Both the position numbers and the translations under genes were made by a program. Below are positions 37,201 through 50,837 of a DNA stretch of 64,000 nucleotides, piece by piece. Each line of letters starts with the position of its first letter. The stretch's first letter is position 1. The notes under the pieces are model-generated. The model worked only from the letters and a program-made list of their open reading frames with translations. It did no database searches and had not been told where the DNA came from. Source of the DNA: Takakia lepidozioides (Eukaryota; Plantae; Bryophyta). The stretch covers positions 72,230,001 to 72,294,000 of the forward strand of contig CM060733.1 of NCBI GenBank assembly GCA_030704615.1, written 5' to 3'.

Positions 37201-40030
37201 CAACAAACAACAAAACACAAAAAGAGTGGATTGCCCAAGCATTTTAACAGGTTCATTCACTTCCCTGAGGTCTTAAGATGCGCCACTGTATCTTAATGAT
37301 CAATGAAGGGCACAAAGAACGATCACAACCTGGGTAGATCGCCCGCCAACATGAGAGACAACCGCCACAGGGAAATTGAAGGCACTGCCGCCATTGCGTA
37401 CCCCAAGAGAGGAAGAAAGTACTGGAATATTGCCAGAAACCCTGCAGACCTTAATTACGCAGCACCATAGTAATCAAAGGTCCTGAATCGGGCTCAATGT
37501 GCACTCCGCCACCATCCCTCATTTCCAGCAAACCTTAAGCACGATTGTCGTGCAAAAAATTAGGGCAGGGAGGAGATGAAGCTATTTCCTCGCGATTTCA
37601 TCCGCACGGGATGAAATCCACCAACAAACGGTTGAAAAAATCCCGATTTTCCATCCCTGTGTCATCTGCCAGGGATGACATCTAGATAGGGATGAAAATC
37701 ATTTGGCATTCATTAGGATAGAAACCTCGTGACCTTATAGGGTAATTAACCGAAATTAACCAGATTCGGACTTCATCCGTAAAGTGAAAAATCAACCGGT
37801 ATGGCTGAATTCTATTAAAGGTAAGTCCACCATCTGATGACTTCATCATCAACAAATCATCCAGTATAGATGAAATATCAAGGAAGTTAATTAGGGATTA
37901 ATTAACATATCTATGGGTTTAACCATCGGGTTTAAAAGAACCAGCCAGATCCATGGAGGGAGGGAGAGAGAGGGAAGATATTCATGTCATGTCAAGACAT
38001 GGACAAGACCCACTAGGGTCATTGTCAATTAAAGACATAAACAACCCAAAACAGGGCACCATCTAACTTTTCCATTCTTGTCATAGCTTCCCATGAAATG
38101 ACATCACCCAATCAGTCATGATAAAACAAGGTGGGAGGGCGGGGTTTGTTCATGTAGGGGATGCAAGCATCTTGAACACCCGAGATCCGGCCATCTTGGC
38201 CAATGAATCATGTGTTCATGTGTGGGAGAAGATAAGATATTGTTGCCCTTGTGCAGGTTGCAAGGCCTCTTGGTTCAGCCTGCACACATACCTTACCAGC
38301 AGGTCATATATTGAAGGAGCATAAAAATGCTGAGGTCATGCAAAGGGCAAGGTACCATGGCCCAGCCTGCCCTATTACCATTTCAAGACACATTTTCACA
38401 CATACATCTTGGATATGACCCACAGGTTGCAGCATCTTACCTTTTCAGCCATTAATTATGGCAGGTCATGCATCAGCCAAGGCATAAGGACCAGCCTGCA
38501 ATTTGTCAGAATCACAATATGCCACCAAGCAGTCCTACTTGGGCATGATGAAATAAACTCCATATCATTTGTATTCACCCCGAGACATGTGATCATACAA
38601 GGTGTCAAGGGAATGTGAACTCAGCCTGTCACTTGTCGGCACCAGAGGTGCTTTTCCATAGACCAATACGAAAGGGGAAACTCCTGTTGCGGAGTGTTCT
38701 GTGTTATTATACAAAAAGTGTATTATAACAGAACTCTGCCGCGTCTAAGTGTTCCATCCAGTCTGATTGTACATACAAGCAGCTTGAACAGCCGAGATCC
38801 AGCCTCTTTTGCATATAAAAAACCAGATTGCAAGTCATAGGCCTGATGTCATGACAAAGCCAAAACTATAGGTAGGATCCCATTACAGCTTACCATCCTC
38901 ATCCTTCAAGAGTTCCATGCTAAAGCATACAAAGAACACCTCACTGTGATCCAGTACTCAACAGAAACAGGCCCGAAAAGGAGCAGGTCGGTGCCTTATC
39001 AGGCTGCTGCCGTACCCTTCAAGGCCACCATGTCCATAGAGACCCAAAACCGCCAAAAACATACCACCTAAAACCATATCCTCTTTGGCCAAAAGAACTT
39101 ACAACCTAGCTCAATAATCCACAGGCCCTGCTGTCAAAGATCAAGAGGTAGGGTATGGTTTGTATGCAAGCCTCAGGAGACAGGCCAATCAGGCCGAGCT
39201 GCGCATCGACGGCAGAACGACAAAGGCCAAAAACCAGGTTGTAGCATGCCAAACCAGGAGCAGTCGGGTTGAAATCGGGGCTGCAGCAGCCACCTCACAG
39301 CACAAAAACCCACAGGTCTTCTCAGCCCATATCCCAATCTGCATGCTCAAGAATCTTCAAAGTAGGTGAGGATCCTTACCTGGTCCCATCACAAGCCCCC
39401 CCAAAAACCAACAGGTTAGTGAGGATTGTGGAACCCCAGGTGAATCACAGACCCTCACACTAATCATCGATGTCAACTAAGAAACTCAAAAGCAAGAGAA
39501 AAGATAAGAACATGAGAATCCCTAAACTCCAAAGGCACCTTAAGCGATTGGGGAAGAGGGTTATGCGCCATCACCACCCAGCAGCAAGCCGCCTCCACAA
39601 AGCACATAAGCAATGAAGCAAAGCAGGCACAATGCGCAAGCAGGCACTATAGAAAGGAGGGAGAGACCATCATAAGCATCCTTGCTAAGCACAGAAAAAG
39701 CCAGAGGAGGGAAGATGCCACTGCATTTATAGCGGTGTTTCCCGCTGCAAGAGAGACAAGGCGCCGCCTTCGCGCCCCCCAGGCGCGCTCGTCCAGCATG
39801 GGTACGACACCACAACGGGGCAGCCACCGAAGCACGTCCGCCATAACACTCTCCTCGCGAGCTCAGAAGCACGTCGCATGCTTCTGACAGTGGGAGAGAC
39901 GACATAGGGTTGTCCCCCGATTATTCATCCGTGGATGAAAAACAATAGGACGCATCCGTATACCCTGACGGATTTCATCCGCAGCAATGTTAAAAATAGG
40001 TTTTAGGGGTAGGGGTTAGGGATAGGGGGC
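33900..40030 (-). repeat. Three diverged ~2.4-2.6-kb direct modules
   Basis: Shared block GA(C/T)CCT(C/T)ACCTG..CCCATC..AAAAACCA at ~34416, ~36994 and ~39368 (the last two near-identical over ~85 bp). Each is followed by TTCATCC/GGATGAA clusters, TTAGGG-like teloboxes and GA tracts. Confidence 0.65.
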
Positions 40031-40343
40031 AAAAGAAATTAAAAAATAAGTTTTGGGGGGGGGGGGGGACTGAGCAGCAGCAGGCTGCTCTCAGCCCCCT
40101 CCCCACCTTTACATTTTTGGTTTTTGGAAAGTGGGGGGGTGAAAGCAGCAGCAGCAAGTACGCTATCAGCCCCCCCCTCCTTTTCTTTTTTGTTTATCAG
40201 CAGAGAGAGAAAGGGGGAGAGGGAGAAGGAGAAAAAGATAGAGGGAGAGGGAGAGAGGGGGAGGGGAGAGTCGTTTCTTGTTTGTTTTTGGCGTATGAAA
40301 TGAGACGGTAGTAGTGTTGTGGGCGCAGGGATAAGCTCGGAGT

Positions 40344-41183
40344 ATGGGGAAGGACAAGGGGCCGCCGAAGGACAAGGGCCGGAAGGGGCCGCCAAAGGAC
40401 AAGGAGAAGGCGCCTCCCATGGAGAAAGAGAAGGCGTCGGCGAAAGACCAAAAATTGTCTGCCGCTAAGGTAGAGAGGCCTAACAACCCTTTTGTCATTG
40501 AAGGCCGTGTGACACGAGCCGCTTGGTCCAAACTCACCAGCCCTATAGGCGGCTATGTGAGAGGACCGAGCCATAAGGCCGTCGAGGCCTCCACACCCTC
40601 GAAGGTCAAGGCTGAGGATGAGCCTCCACTTCAGGGTGGTGCACCCAAAGACAGGCCAGATCCACCCCATGTATGGCCGGTGATGGTTGGTATGTCTGCC
40701 CCGGGGTTCAGACTTGTTCCCCGGGTTGATGTTCCTCAATCTCACGTGCATGCATAGTGTGCAGCTACAATCGGCAGAGTCCCAGATCGTGACTATTACC
40801 TAAAAACACAGTGGAACAGGCCGTTGAAATGCAAGAAACAAACAGCGGTTATGCGGACCAAGGTCAAGTTGGCGACCGTACGGTCCTTCCATGATGTCCC
40901 TCACCCTGGAGTTGGCCGAGTTTACAGTATGAGCACTGCAAGGTCCTCCAAAAGAGGGGAGGTCTACAACGTCGCCATCGGCACTTACCCGGAGTGCACT
41001 TGCATGGATTTCCAGAAGATGCGAAACCTGAAAGAATTTTATATTCACTGCAAGCATATTTACTATATCATCCTACGACATCTTCGAGTCTGCGCCGACT
41101 TGCCAGTGATAAACCACCCTACTTTAAGTATTAATGAGATCTGTTCCACGCTTCAGAATGACCCATGTTCTTGGTTGGAGTAG
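40344..41183 (+). pseudogene. SWIM zinc-finger protein with a Lys/Pro-rich N-terminus, one in-frame stop
   Basis: ORFs 40344-40757 and 40824-41183 are in the same frame, separated only by TAG at 40755-40757; VYNVAIGTYPECTCMDF..CKHIYYI is the SWIM CxC..CxH motif. Confidence 0.8.
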
Positions 41184-41854
41184 AATTACAGTGAAATGTG
41201 TTCAGAATGGTTTGCTGATGTGCACAAGGACTGTTTCTTAGTCGGCCATTTTCTTAGGTCCATTTTGCAAACGTCCTGGCGACCTATTCCGCATTTCTTT
41301 TCCTAGTTAGGCCGGGATTTGTAAGGCTGGCGGAAAGTCCGTGCGGACTTCCAATTCAGACAGAATTCTTATTCTTCATTTGTTTGTTTTTTGGACAGTT
41401 AATTGTTCAGACCACGAGAAGTCTGTGCCGGCTGATTGCAAAAAAAATGGTATAACCAAGCCTATTTCTACTATGAATGACATGGAATCTTAAGGCATAT
41501 AGGGTTGGCTGGTGCATTTCCAACTTGAAAATGCTTTGAGCCTGGTTCTGAAGATAAATCTCCAGACCTGCAATCTGCTTTTGAATTGAGTCTACAATCT
41601 GCATATGTGGTGGTAAATGTTTTATATCAAACCAAGTATCTTTCCTATGGTGAATGACTTGGAATCCCACCCAGACCTACAATCTGGTTTTTAAAATGAG
41701 GTTACAATCTGCAAGTATGGTGGTGAATGTTTTATGTCCAACCATGGTGCTTTCATAATATGAATGACCAGGAATCCCACCCTCCCACCCTGTTTTTTCA
41801 GATACCCTGAGATGTAATGGGATATTCAAATGAGATGGTAAAGATGGAAGTGGT

Positions 41855-42310
41855 TGTTAGATGGTGCCCTGTAAAGGGCTGCTTTGACTTTCAATGACAA
41901 TGACCTTCGTGGTCTTGTCCATGTCTTGACATGACATGTATATCTTCCCTTTCTTTTGTGCTACTCACAAGAAAAAAAAACCAGAGAGGGAGAGAGGGGT
42001 CGTGAAAAAATGAAAAAGAAGGTTGGGGGGGGTGGTGTGTGTGTGACTGAGCTGCAGCAGCTTCTCAGTCACAAACCCCCCCCCATTTATTTATTTATTT
42101 ATTTCTAGCCTCCGCTCTCCCTCCCTCCCTCTCTCCAATTCTGTCCCTCTCCCTCTCTCTTCCCCTCTCTCCCTCTCTTCATTTTATTTTGTGCTGCTCA
42201 CAAGAAAAGAAAAACAGAGAGGGAGAGAGGGGTTGTGTGAAAAATGAAAAAGAAGGTGGGGGGGGGGGGGGGGGGTGACTGAGCAGAGAGAGGAGAGAGA
42301 GAGAGAGAGG
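41855..42310 (-). repeat. Inverted copy of the module-boundary sequence at 35405-35660 and 37960-38070
   Basis: GGTCTTGTCCATGTCTTGACATGACATG is the reverse complement of CATGTCATGTCAAGACATGGACAAGACC; GTTAGATGGTGCCCTG is the reverse complement of CAGGGCACCATCTAAC. Confidence 0.8.
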
Positions 42311-43529
42311 GAGGGCGCGCGCGGGTTTGAACGCCGTGGCGCATCAGCGCCCCAGAAAACGAGCCGGCGTGCGGGGTAGTTGTGCCTGGGAGAGCTCAAG
42401 AGCAGAAAAAAAAACATAGGGAGGGAGGGAGGGGAGGGAGAAAGAGTAAGAGGAAGAGAGTGAGGGAGAGAGAGATTCAGATTGAGAGATTGAGAGGGGG
42501 AGTGAGAGGCGGCCGCGGCGCGCCAGTCTGGTGACCCCACCGCGCAAAACCTCGGCCCGATCAGGCGCCTTCAAGAAGGGGAGAGAGAAGGGCGGGCACC
42601 TTGGCAGGAGGAGGAGAAGTCGCGGCGTCTTCGGGGAATCGCAGGGGCGTTGCTACCCGCTGCGGACGTCGCAAAGCAGGACCGCAGCTGTGTCACAACT
42701 CTGGCGCAGAGGTGAGTTCAAGCTGCCCCTCGTTTTTTTTTTTTTTTTTTTTTTTAAGTTTTTGGTTTATGGGGTTTTGCAGGGATCATTTGGGTTTTTG
42801 GGTCTTTGGCTCTTAGGGTTTTAAGGGTTACATAGTTTAGTTTAGGATTTAGTTTCATAAGTCAGTTTAGGGTTAGTTATAATATAGTTTGGTTTTTAGG
42901 GTTTTTATTTTTTGTGGGTGGGGACATATGGATTTACGCGTTTGTAGGGTTTTTTTTTCAAGGTTTTACTAGGGTTGGGAATGTAACTCCACCGGAGGTT
43001 ACAGCGGGTCACAATATGGTTGGGAGTAACGTAACTCCACTGGAGGGGGGGATACAGTTAATTAGGCTTTTAGAGTCAAGATGCAATAATTCCTCTACCT
43101 CTCTCTCGTGCTAGGTCATGCCACGTGTTTATCGACGTGTCACGCTTGAGGATTCGCTGTCAGACGTACCGGCTGTGCCACAACCACTGGTTGAGGGTGA
43201 GACAGCATGTTTGCCTCGCTCGTCCGCGAGTTAGGCGGCATTGCCATGTCCACCCTTTGCCCCCACGGCCACCACCCCGAGGTCGTAGGCCGCCGAGTCC
43301 AGAGGCACGAGCCCCGGGGAGACCCTGCCTCGACCGCCTCCCCAAGATTGAGTGTTGGTGCAATTTGTGTTGGGCACGACTACCGCCTGGGAGCACCAAA
43401 CCGATGATGCGGCGACCCCATGTTGTGCAAAAAGATTACCGCTTCTTTTGTACGAGATTTAACAGCTATGCCTTCAGCTGCGTTTGTCTATTTTTATGCT
43501 AGCGGCAAGTCGGGCGGATGGATGCCGCT

Positions 43530-45200
43530 CCACCCCCCCTCTCTTACTCAAATTGAGCAGTCCTTTACGACAAACAACTCTCAAATTGTGACGCATCTGG
43601 TCCCGTCGACCTCATCTCCCACTACAAGCCCTTTGGGGCACTGGCCGCCTACCTCTCGGCATGACTTTAAGCATCATCATCTGGGCTCCAAAGTCCAAAC
43701 TGCGTTGGCGGGTCCAACGCCAACCTCCATCAACTTCACGGCTACTCTTTACCAAGAAGCACACTCACCCTCCATTCAAAATTTATACTACTCCTCCCTC
43801 TATCACACTCGTCACCACACGTTTCTCTTTGTACAATTTCTGTTCAAAAGCGTCCCCCCATTTTACCACTATCTGGCCCAAAACAGTACCCCATTGCTCA
43901 ATTCTACCTGCCTGACCCACCCTCAATATACTCTGCTTCCCAGATCCTACACCCTGATTTGCGTCAGCCACTACCCATGGTCTCCCACTCTATCATTACC
44001 CACTTCATCCCTGCTACCAAACCCCCCACCTTCTATCTTTCACCTCACTGCTCCGCACTTAATCACTCGAGCCTGTCTATTTTTTCGCTACTTGCGCTGC
44101 TCCTCTATTGGTACCCGACCTCTTATCTAGCCTCGTGGCTCCTCCACCCAGCAACATACTCACTGTCAGCCAACATTGCAAATAGTAATCAGGGCCACAA
44201 TAAATACTTCTATAGATCTCTCAACCACGATGTGACCCCTAACCTATCCCCTCCACTATTATATTGCACTGCCTTGCTCAATTGTACAGCCAATGCTGCT
44301 TCCACACCATTCTCTATCCATTGTACTAACTACAATCTCTCTCTTACAGGCTCTAAGACAAGTTCCAAACCAATGTTACACATATGTTCCACATATGCAC
44401 CCTATCTATAGAGCAAGTACCACACCGTGTATCTATTCAGATGGCCTCGGGATCCAAGGCTAGTCCTCCCTGCCCACCTGCCCCAGCAGTGCACATTGCC
44501 GCCTCCTTCCACTATTCAAGACCACCATCCTCGACATCCTACCAGGTATCACCTACTCTCCAGGCTACTGCAATCTACTCACTCAGGTCAGTGTTTCCTA
44601 TACCCAGCTCCAACAACTTGTTGTCCTCATGCTGCTCAATGCCTTAGCTTACCCATCTCCAATCCATTTAAGTTATCATTGTACCTCCCACAGGAATACC
44701 CCCCAATACCTTACCTCCCTACCTTCATGACCCAGCTGCATCATGCCTGGCCTCACAACCACAATCTCCCCTACAAAACAATGCTCCCTAGGCCCACTCA
44801 CCCAATCTTTTCTCTGCCTAATCTTACTGCCCCCCCCCCCCTCCCCCCCCGCTGGATAACCCCTTGGCCATATACTCGTAGGTGTTGCCACCCCACTATT
44901 CATTGTCACCACACCCCCCCCCACCCCCCCAGTTATCTAACAAAGCTCGAATCCACACTATAATCTACAACATGCTAGACCAATACATTGTCTTGCATTC
45001 TAACTCTCATTCTTCTCTTTCAGGGTACTTATCAAGCGAGGACCACCCAACACATCAACTCTTTACTCAAAATGTCACTCGGATTCAACGGCTCTCTGTT
45101 TCTCATCACTTCTGACTACATGCTCCGCATATGTCTGTGTTCTGCAAATACAATGGCTCTCTCCACCCCAATTAATTCTACACATATGCCCTGCATATAT
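43530..45200 (+). mobile_element. G-poor decayed segment, possibly the 3' part of a non-LTR element
   Basis: Base composition resembles 6832-8625; possible RNase H-like IYSDG at ~44430. Weak evidence. Confidence 0.3.
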
Positions 45201-45204
45201 AGCC

Positions 45205-45690
45205 ATGAGTGACAGAGGATCTCACTTCATCAACGACGTCATCGAGAAAATGATGGCGGCATTTTCCATAAAACTTCGTAAGGCGACCCCTTATCATCCA
45301 CAAACGAGTGGGCAGGTGGAGCGCGCCAACCAAACCCTGTGCAACATTCTCTCCAAAACAATCAGGGAGCACAAGAGGGATTGGGACACCAAGTTGATTT
45401 CGGCCTTGTGGGCATTTTGCACGACCCATAAGGTAACATACAACCCTTTCATCATTGGTTTAATGGGGTAAGTCCAATCCTACAGAAATCCCATCTCTAC
45501 TACAATTGTGGCCTTACCGAACGGTTGGCGACATCACGAGTCATTAAAGGAGCAACTTGAGATGTTGAAAGGACTGGATGAACTCCGGCAAGCAGCAGCT
45601 CAGCACATTGAGGCAATGCAACGACGAAGGAAGGCTCGCTTTGATGCTAAGCGCAAAAAGAGAATCTTTGATCCAGATCTAGCTGTGTGA
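45205..45690 (+). pseudogene. Ty3/gypsy integrase fragment
   Basis: SDRGSHFIN..TPYHPQTSGQVERAN..DWDTKLISALWA; LDELRQAAAQHIEAMQRRRKARFD. Confidence 0.9.
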
Positions 45691-46779
45691 CAGTCTTGGA
45701 CTTGAAATGTACAAACTGGGGTAATATGCCAAATGCGCCTAGCGTGTGAGCACAAAGGCAGGTGAGGAGAACCTGGTGCAAGCCTGCAAGGCATCTTTGG
45801 GACTTCCTGACGAACTGTACATCAACAACGGTAAAAAATAAATGCAAATATAATATTTCATCCGTCAGAGGACGGATGGGAACTGCCACCGACCTTAATG
45901 AATTCCTCAAATTCGATGGTATCTAGAGAAATCAAGAATCTGACCAGTTTACCTTAAATGCCGTAGGACTGTATGGTCGGCGCCGACCATCGGGTGCATT
46001 TCCAGAGTTGGAGGTTATGGCGTCATCGTTCACATCCACACGAGTTATCTGAAGCATATTTGTGGCTCCATCCCAAAGTTGAATGAGCCTGGAAAGGAAA
46101 CTAGTCGCTAATATTGTGCTCGGCTGAATGTGTGCAATACGCCTATCGTATGGATGAATGTGGCATGGACGAGTTCTTGTGGCCATGATGGATGACGTTC
46201 ACCAAACCCTAACATCGATTCGACCTAGAAGTGCGGGGCGGATACTGAAATATGAAAGTGCCGCGGATGAGGCGTGTTAAACCCTACCGTTCATTTGTCC
46301 TCCATTTCTCATCCTTATCTGTAGTTGTGTAATCTAGTCCTGGCCACCTGCCGTAAACACACTAGACCACTTGCAGGCGGGCACGTGGCGACAACGGAAG
46401 TTGCGTAATCTGGTAGCCATCCGTTATGCACAGGTAGGTATGGATGACGTTCACCAACCGGCATTCCACGTACATGTCTCATCCAAATCAAAGTATAATG
46501 GATGTCGTGATTCCATGGATGAGGGATTGTATTTCTCATCCGTTCATGCAATTTGAAAATTTGCGCGGGCCACGTGGTACAGAGTCCGAGTACGTCGTGC
46601 AGCGGGATGCGTGGCGTTGCCGCACTTTCGGCATTTCATAGGCATACGTTACGGCCCCCGTAGGTCGGCTTCTCATCCGTTTGCGGGTTCTGCAGTGTAT
46701 CCGGTGATCCGGATTCTCCTCTGCAGTGCTCGACTCTTCAGCTTCCCTTTCTAAATTCGAGCCGGGGAACATCGTCTTC

Positions 46780-49700
46780 ATGGAGCACATTGCGGAAGAA
46801 GAGGGGGAGTTTGTGTTGCCCACGCAAACACGCATACTGCGTGGCCGAATGGTCGTCTCCCAGTAGAGCAACGAGGGTGGTAGACCTCCAAAAAAGTTAG
46901 GGAAACTTCGGAAGAAACCCAGACATCACATGAAGGCGGAATGATGTCTATAGCGGCCACCCTGTCCATGGACCACCCTCCTATCTCCCCCATTTCTGCA
47001 AGCCGTGCCTCGCCAGGTCCAGCAACGAGCGCACGGGGAGGAGGACCTGTCTCAAATGTTGGAAGTGTGCAGGAGACAATGCTGGCCGACGTTGTTTTGA
47101 TAGGCGACATGCGCAAGCAAGCCCTACTGTCACTCACTACAAGTGCAATGACCACACAATGACCTCTATCTCGCACTTGCTGAGGAATGGGGCTCTGCCA
47201 GGAATACCATTATGCAGGATGAAGCCCCTCCCGGCTATGTGGATGGCTGAGCGCCCTGGCATCAACAAGCTGAAGTTTTTTTTTTTTTAGGCGGACAGGT
47301 ATAACGATGCACTTGCATCGCTCTTGCTTTCTACCAACAACGACGGTGGACAGAGTCAAGACATCCAACAGGCAGATCGGGATGCATGGTCTGTATATTG
47401 GCAGGCAGCGGATGCGGCATTTGAGGAAGAAATTAAGAACACGACGTGGGAATTTCTGTCAAACAAATGGTTGCACATCTACGAGGGGAATCACAGGTCG
47501 TATGCCTGGATGGAGGTAATCTCCGAGCAGCATCCTGACGAAGCGAGCTGGCACTACCGGGTGAATGCAAAGATTATGGATGTGAAGAGTTCGGATTTGG
47601 GCCTCATACGACGTGCAATGAATTGTATGAATGTGTGAGTTTCTATCTTTTTTCTGCTCACATGAGTAGGTGTAAGAGCTTAGCATTTCAATCATCTGGG
47701 ATACATAGGGTTGCAGGAATTGCATAAGCAGTCCCTGTGGGTGACCGAGGCAGTTGGTGTAATTTAGTAGGTTGCAGCGGTGTAGCTTTATTGACTGATT
47801 TTTAGATATGATCGTCTTCCTTACATTTGATAAGTGCAGTTATAGTCGGAGCCGACTATAACTGTGGGGGTTGACTTCTTCCGAACGTCCACTACATTCC
47901 AATTTATTAAGTAGAAGTGTAGGGTGAGAGGGAGTCGGAAGTAGTGCCAGGTGAGAGGGACTTGTGAGAGTGGAAGGTGACTATTCCTTATTACAAGAGT
48001 ATGGTCTGCGCCGACTATACCATGCAGCCCACAATAAACCCCAAAACCATGTTGAGGTTGAAGGTAGGTCTTTCTGAGACGAATTTCAATAAGGAAGGTC
48101 TTGTTTTGTGCGTTTTGCAGCGTTATAAATCACGGAAATGTGTCGAACAAGCTTCCGCACAAGCTATTCTACTTCCAGAAGTGCGCAACTACACCAGTTG
48201 AGCAGTACCAATCAGCTCTTCCAGCGGACGTCTACGAGAAGTGCTTGATCACAAGCGGGATGGGAACTGGATGACTATGCCACGAGACGCCCTCATAGAG
48301 TATATGGGTTAGGAGGGATTCCGTAGAATTAGAAACGCCTGCTTGGATGCCCCTACCACTGCTGAGAACACCGAGCTCATCCGGAAGAAACTTGCTAGCG
48401 ATTTCCAGGTGCACATGACGAAGTGGTACACCAACATCGCCAAATATTCTTCCATTTGCGATCCTGCTCTGGGAACCGACTTTCTTTTTTACATAACCAC
48501 GCATTACAAGTCACTTGTCGTCAATCAGAAGCCGGAAATGACTCTGGAGAAGTTGCAGATGCTGGCCATGAGCGAGGTCAGCCCGAAGGAGAAGGTTTTA
48601 TGGTTGAAGCTGTGGAATTCTGACTCCACAACCCGGAAAAATAGGAAATTTCCCGGTGCTCCCACATATGCGGTGTTTGGCTTGTGGTGCGACAAAATGG
48701 CATGGTGGTTCTAGGTAAGATCCATGCAATACTGGTCTTCATGTTTGAGTTATTGTTGCAATCTATCATCTCTAACAATTGACGTGGACTCGCAGCAAAA
48801 GGAGGAAGCAGAGCGGCAGTTGGCCATGCTGGTTCAGAAAGGGTTCCTGCAGTTGCCAACCCAGGAAGAGGCTCCCACGCTCAAGACCCTTTCTGTCTGG
48901 GTGGACGATTTCCGCATCAAGTATTGGAAGGAGTTGTTTTGGTGCGAGATGAAGGATGGGCCTGCCCGAAGTTGGCCGATTACCGAGCAGCCTGGTGGAT
49001 CTTTACCAGCTCGCAGGCTCATGTACAAGTACATTATTCTCGTTGCAATTCCGCGCTGGCTTTGCATATGACATACAACAAATGGCGCGTAGGCACTAGC
49101 GGACGAACGTAAATCTGTAGCAAATGCACGTTATAGTCGGCAAAGATTCCAATAGTCGGCAATGTTGGTCTTGGTCTTGGTGTAGGTCTTGGTCTTGGTC
49201 GGCGCCGACTACTGGGCTCAGACATGGTAGTTATAGTCGGCAACGACTATAGGATGGGGCTGGGGTAGCCATGGGGTATAGTCAGCAATGACTTTCGGAA
49301 ACGGGCCCGGTCTTAGCCAGGCGAACCCACAGTTGGGATTCGTAGTCGCCACCGACTATGACACAGGTTTTGGCCTATTTGGTGTCATAGTCGCTGCCGA
49401 CTATTGCAAGTGGGCAGGGACTACGGCCCGGATATTTAAAAGTTGATTCTAGGTCATAGTCGGCAACGACTATAGGGTGGGGCTGGGGTAGCCATGCGGT
49501 ATAGTCGACAGCGACTTTCGGAAAGGGCCCCGGTCGGAGGCTGGCTAACCCACAGTTGGGAGTCGTAGTCGCCACCGACTATGACACAGGCTTTGGCCTA
49601 TTGGGTTTCATAGTCGCTGCCGACTATTGCATCTGGGAAGGGACTACGGCCCAGGCTTTTGATAGTTTCTTCCATGTCATTGCAATCAGGCCCAATGTCC

Positions 49701-50837
49701 GTCCTCACATTGAGTTTTGGTGCACTGGAACAGGTACATAAACTTTTATTTGCTCGCCAACAAACATATCAGGTGTATGCCAGCCAGTGTCACACAGTGG
49801 GCCAGCCTCCGGTCAGACTGCACAATGTACAACGGCAGGCAGTTAGGCGAGTACGTGAAAGTCACGCATCTGCCGTGCTACTGACTTGCCACCCGATGTC
49901 ATTCCTGACGAAGAAGTGGATTTGTACGAGAAGTACACCAAGAACGAGCTGCCCGCACCCACTCACATGGAGCCATTGACGGAGGAAAATTGCCAAGGAG
50001 GCTGGAGTCGTCGCTGCCGCACACCTTGAGCAAGCCAATACAGCTCTGGAAGAAGCGGTGGCCAAGAAGAAACCTAGAAAAAAGAAACAGAAACAGAAAC
50101 AGAAGAAGACAGCCACCACAGGGTAGGAAACCCCCCCCCCCCCCGCGGCACAAGGCCTGCAGGCAATACAGGTGTGGGGGGTGTGGATGAGACAAATGGT
50201 GCTCACAGGGAAGACAACCAACTGGCGTTTACAGAAGCCCTACACAACTTCCAGATAGAGCGAAGAAATTGATCTACTCGAAACCCATGGGCAAACACAA
50301 GTGACGGGAGGGGCATGCAACTGGCAACCGTGCTGCTTTACGAGATTATCTCTTTGCGAGAAGGGGTACCAAACACAGATGTAGCATGCCTCAAGTGCGA
50401 TTGGTTCCAGCTTGTCATCCGCAGGCTGGCATCCAAAGGGACAAGAGCCGAGGGGAGAAATCGACGCATTTCTGGAGAGGCACCACTTCCCCGAGCCTTT
50501 CCACTCTATGCGTAGGGGTGGCATAGTCTCTAAAGCGGGGGCAGACCTTGTTATGGTGGATCTCCCTGATGGACAGTCTATGAGAGGACGTGGCAGAGAT
50601 GACATTATACCGGCTTGGAATGCAAAGACAAAGGATACCATCCCGCATGCACTGGCACTGGCATCATCCTCGCTTAAGGATGACAGCTACCTTGTTATTT
50701 TCTGCAAGGGAGATGCAAAGACAGAGGTTGAAATTTGGAGATGTGTTGGCCCAGCGGGGCCCTTCAAAGTTATCAAGAGAAAGTGGACTTGCCTCAATCG
50801 GCTACCACTTCAATCTGGAGAAGCAGGGCAGCCACAG
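46780..50837 (+). pseudogene. Spliced gene with a ParB/Srx-like N-terminal domain and a beta-class amino-methyltransferase-like C-terminal domain (3'-truncated)
   Basis: IPLCRMKPL at 47204; IYEGNHRSYAW at ~47477-47509; AMNCMN then gtgagt donor at 47635; acceptor at 48120; CLKCDWFQL, ADLVMVDLPDG, PAWN and LKDDSYLVIFC at 50385-50705; gtaagt donor at 50838. Contains frameshifts and stops. Confidence 0.6.
49130..49660. repeat. Intronic ~225-bp tandem duplication rich in RTAGTCG-N4-CGACTAT palindromes
   Basis: Copies at 49233, 49342, 49387, 49456, 49565 and 49610; also at 47842, 51023 and 15240. Confidence 0.9.
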
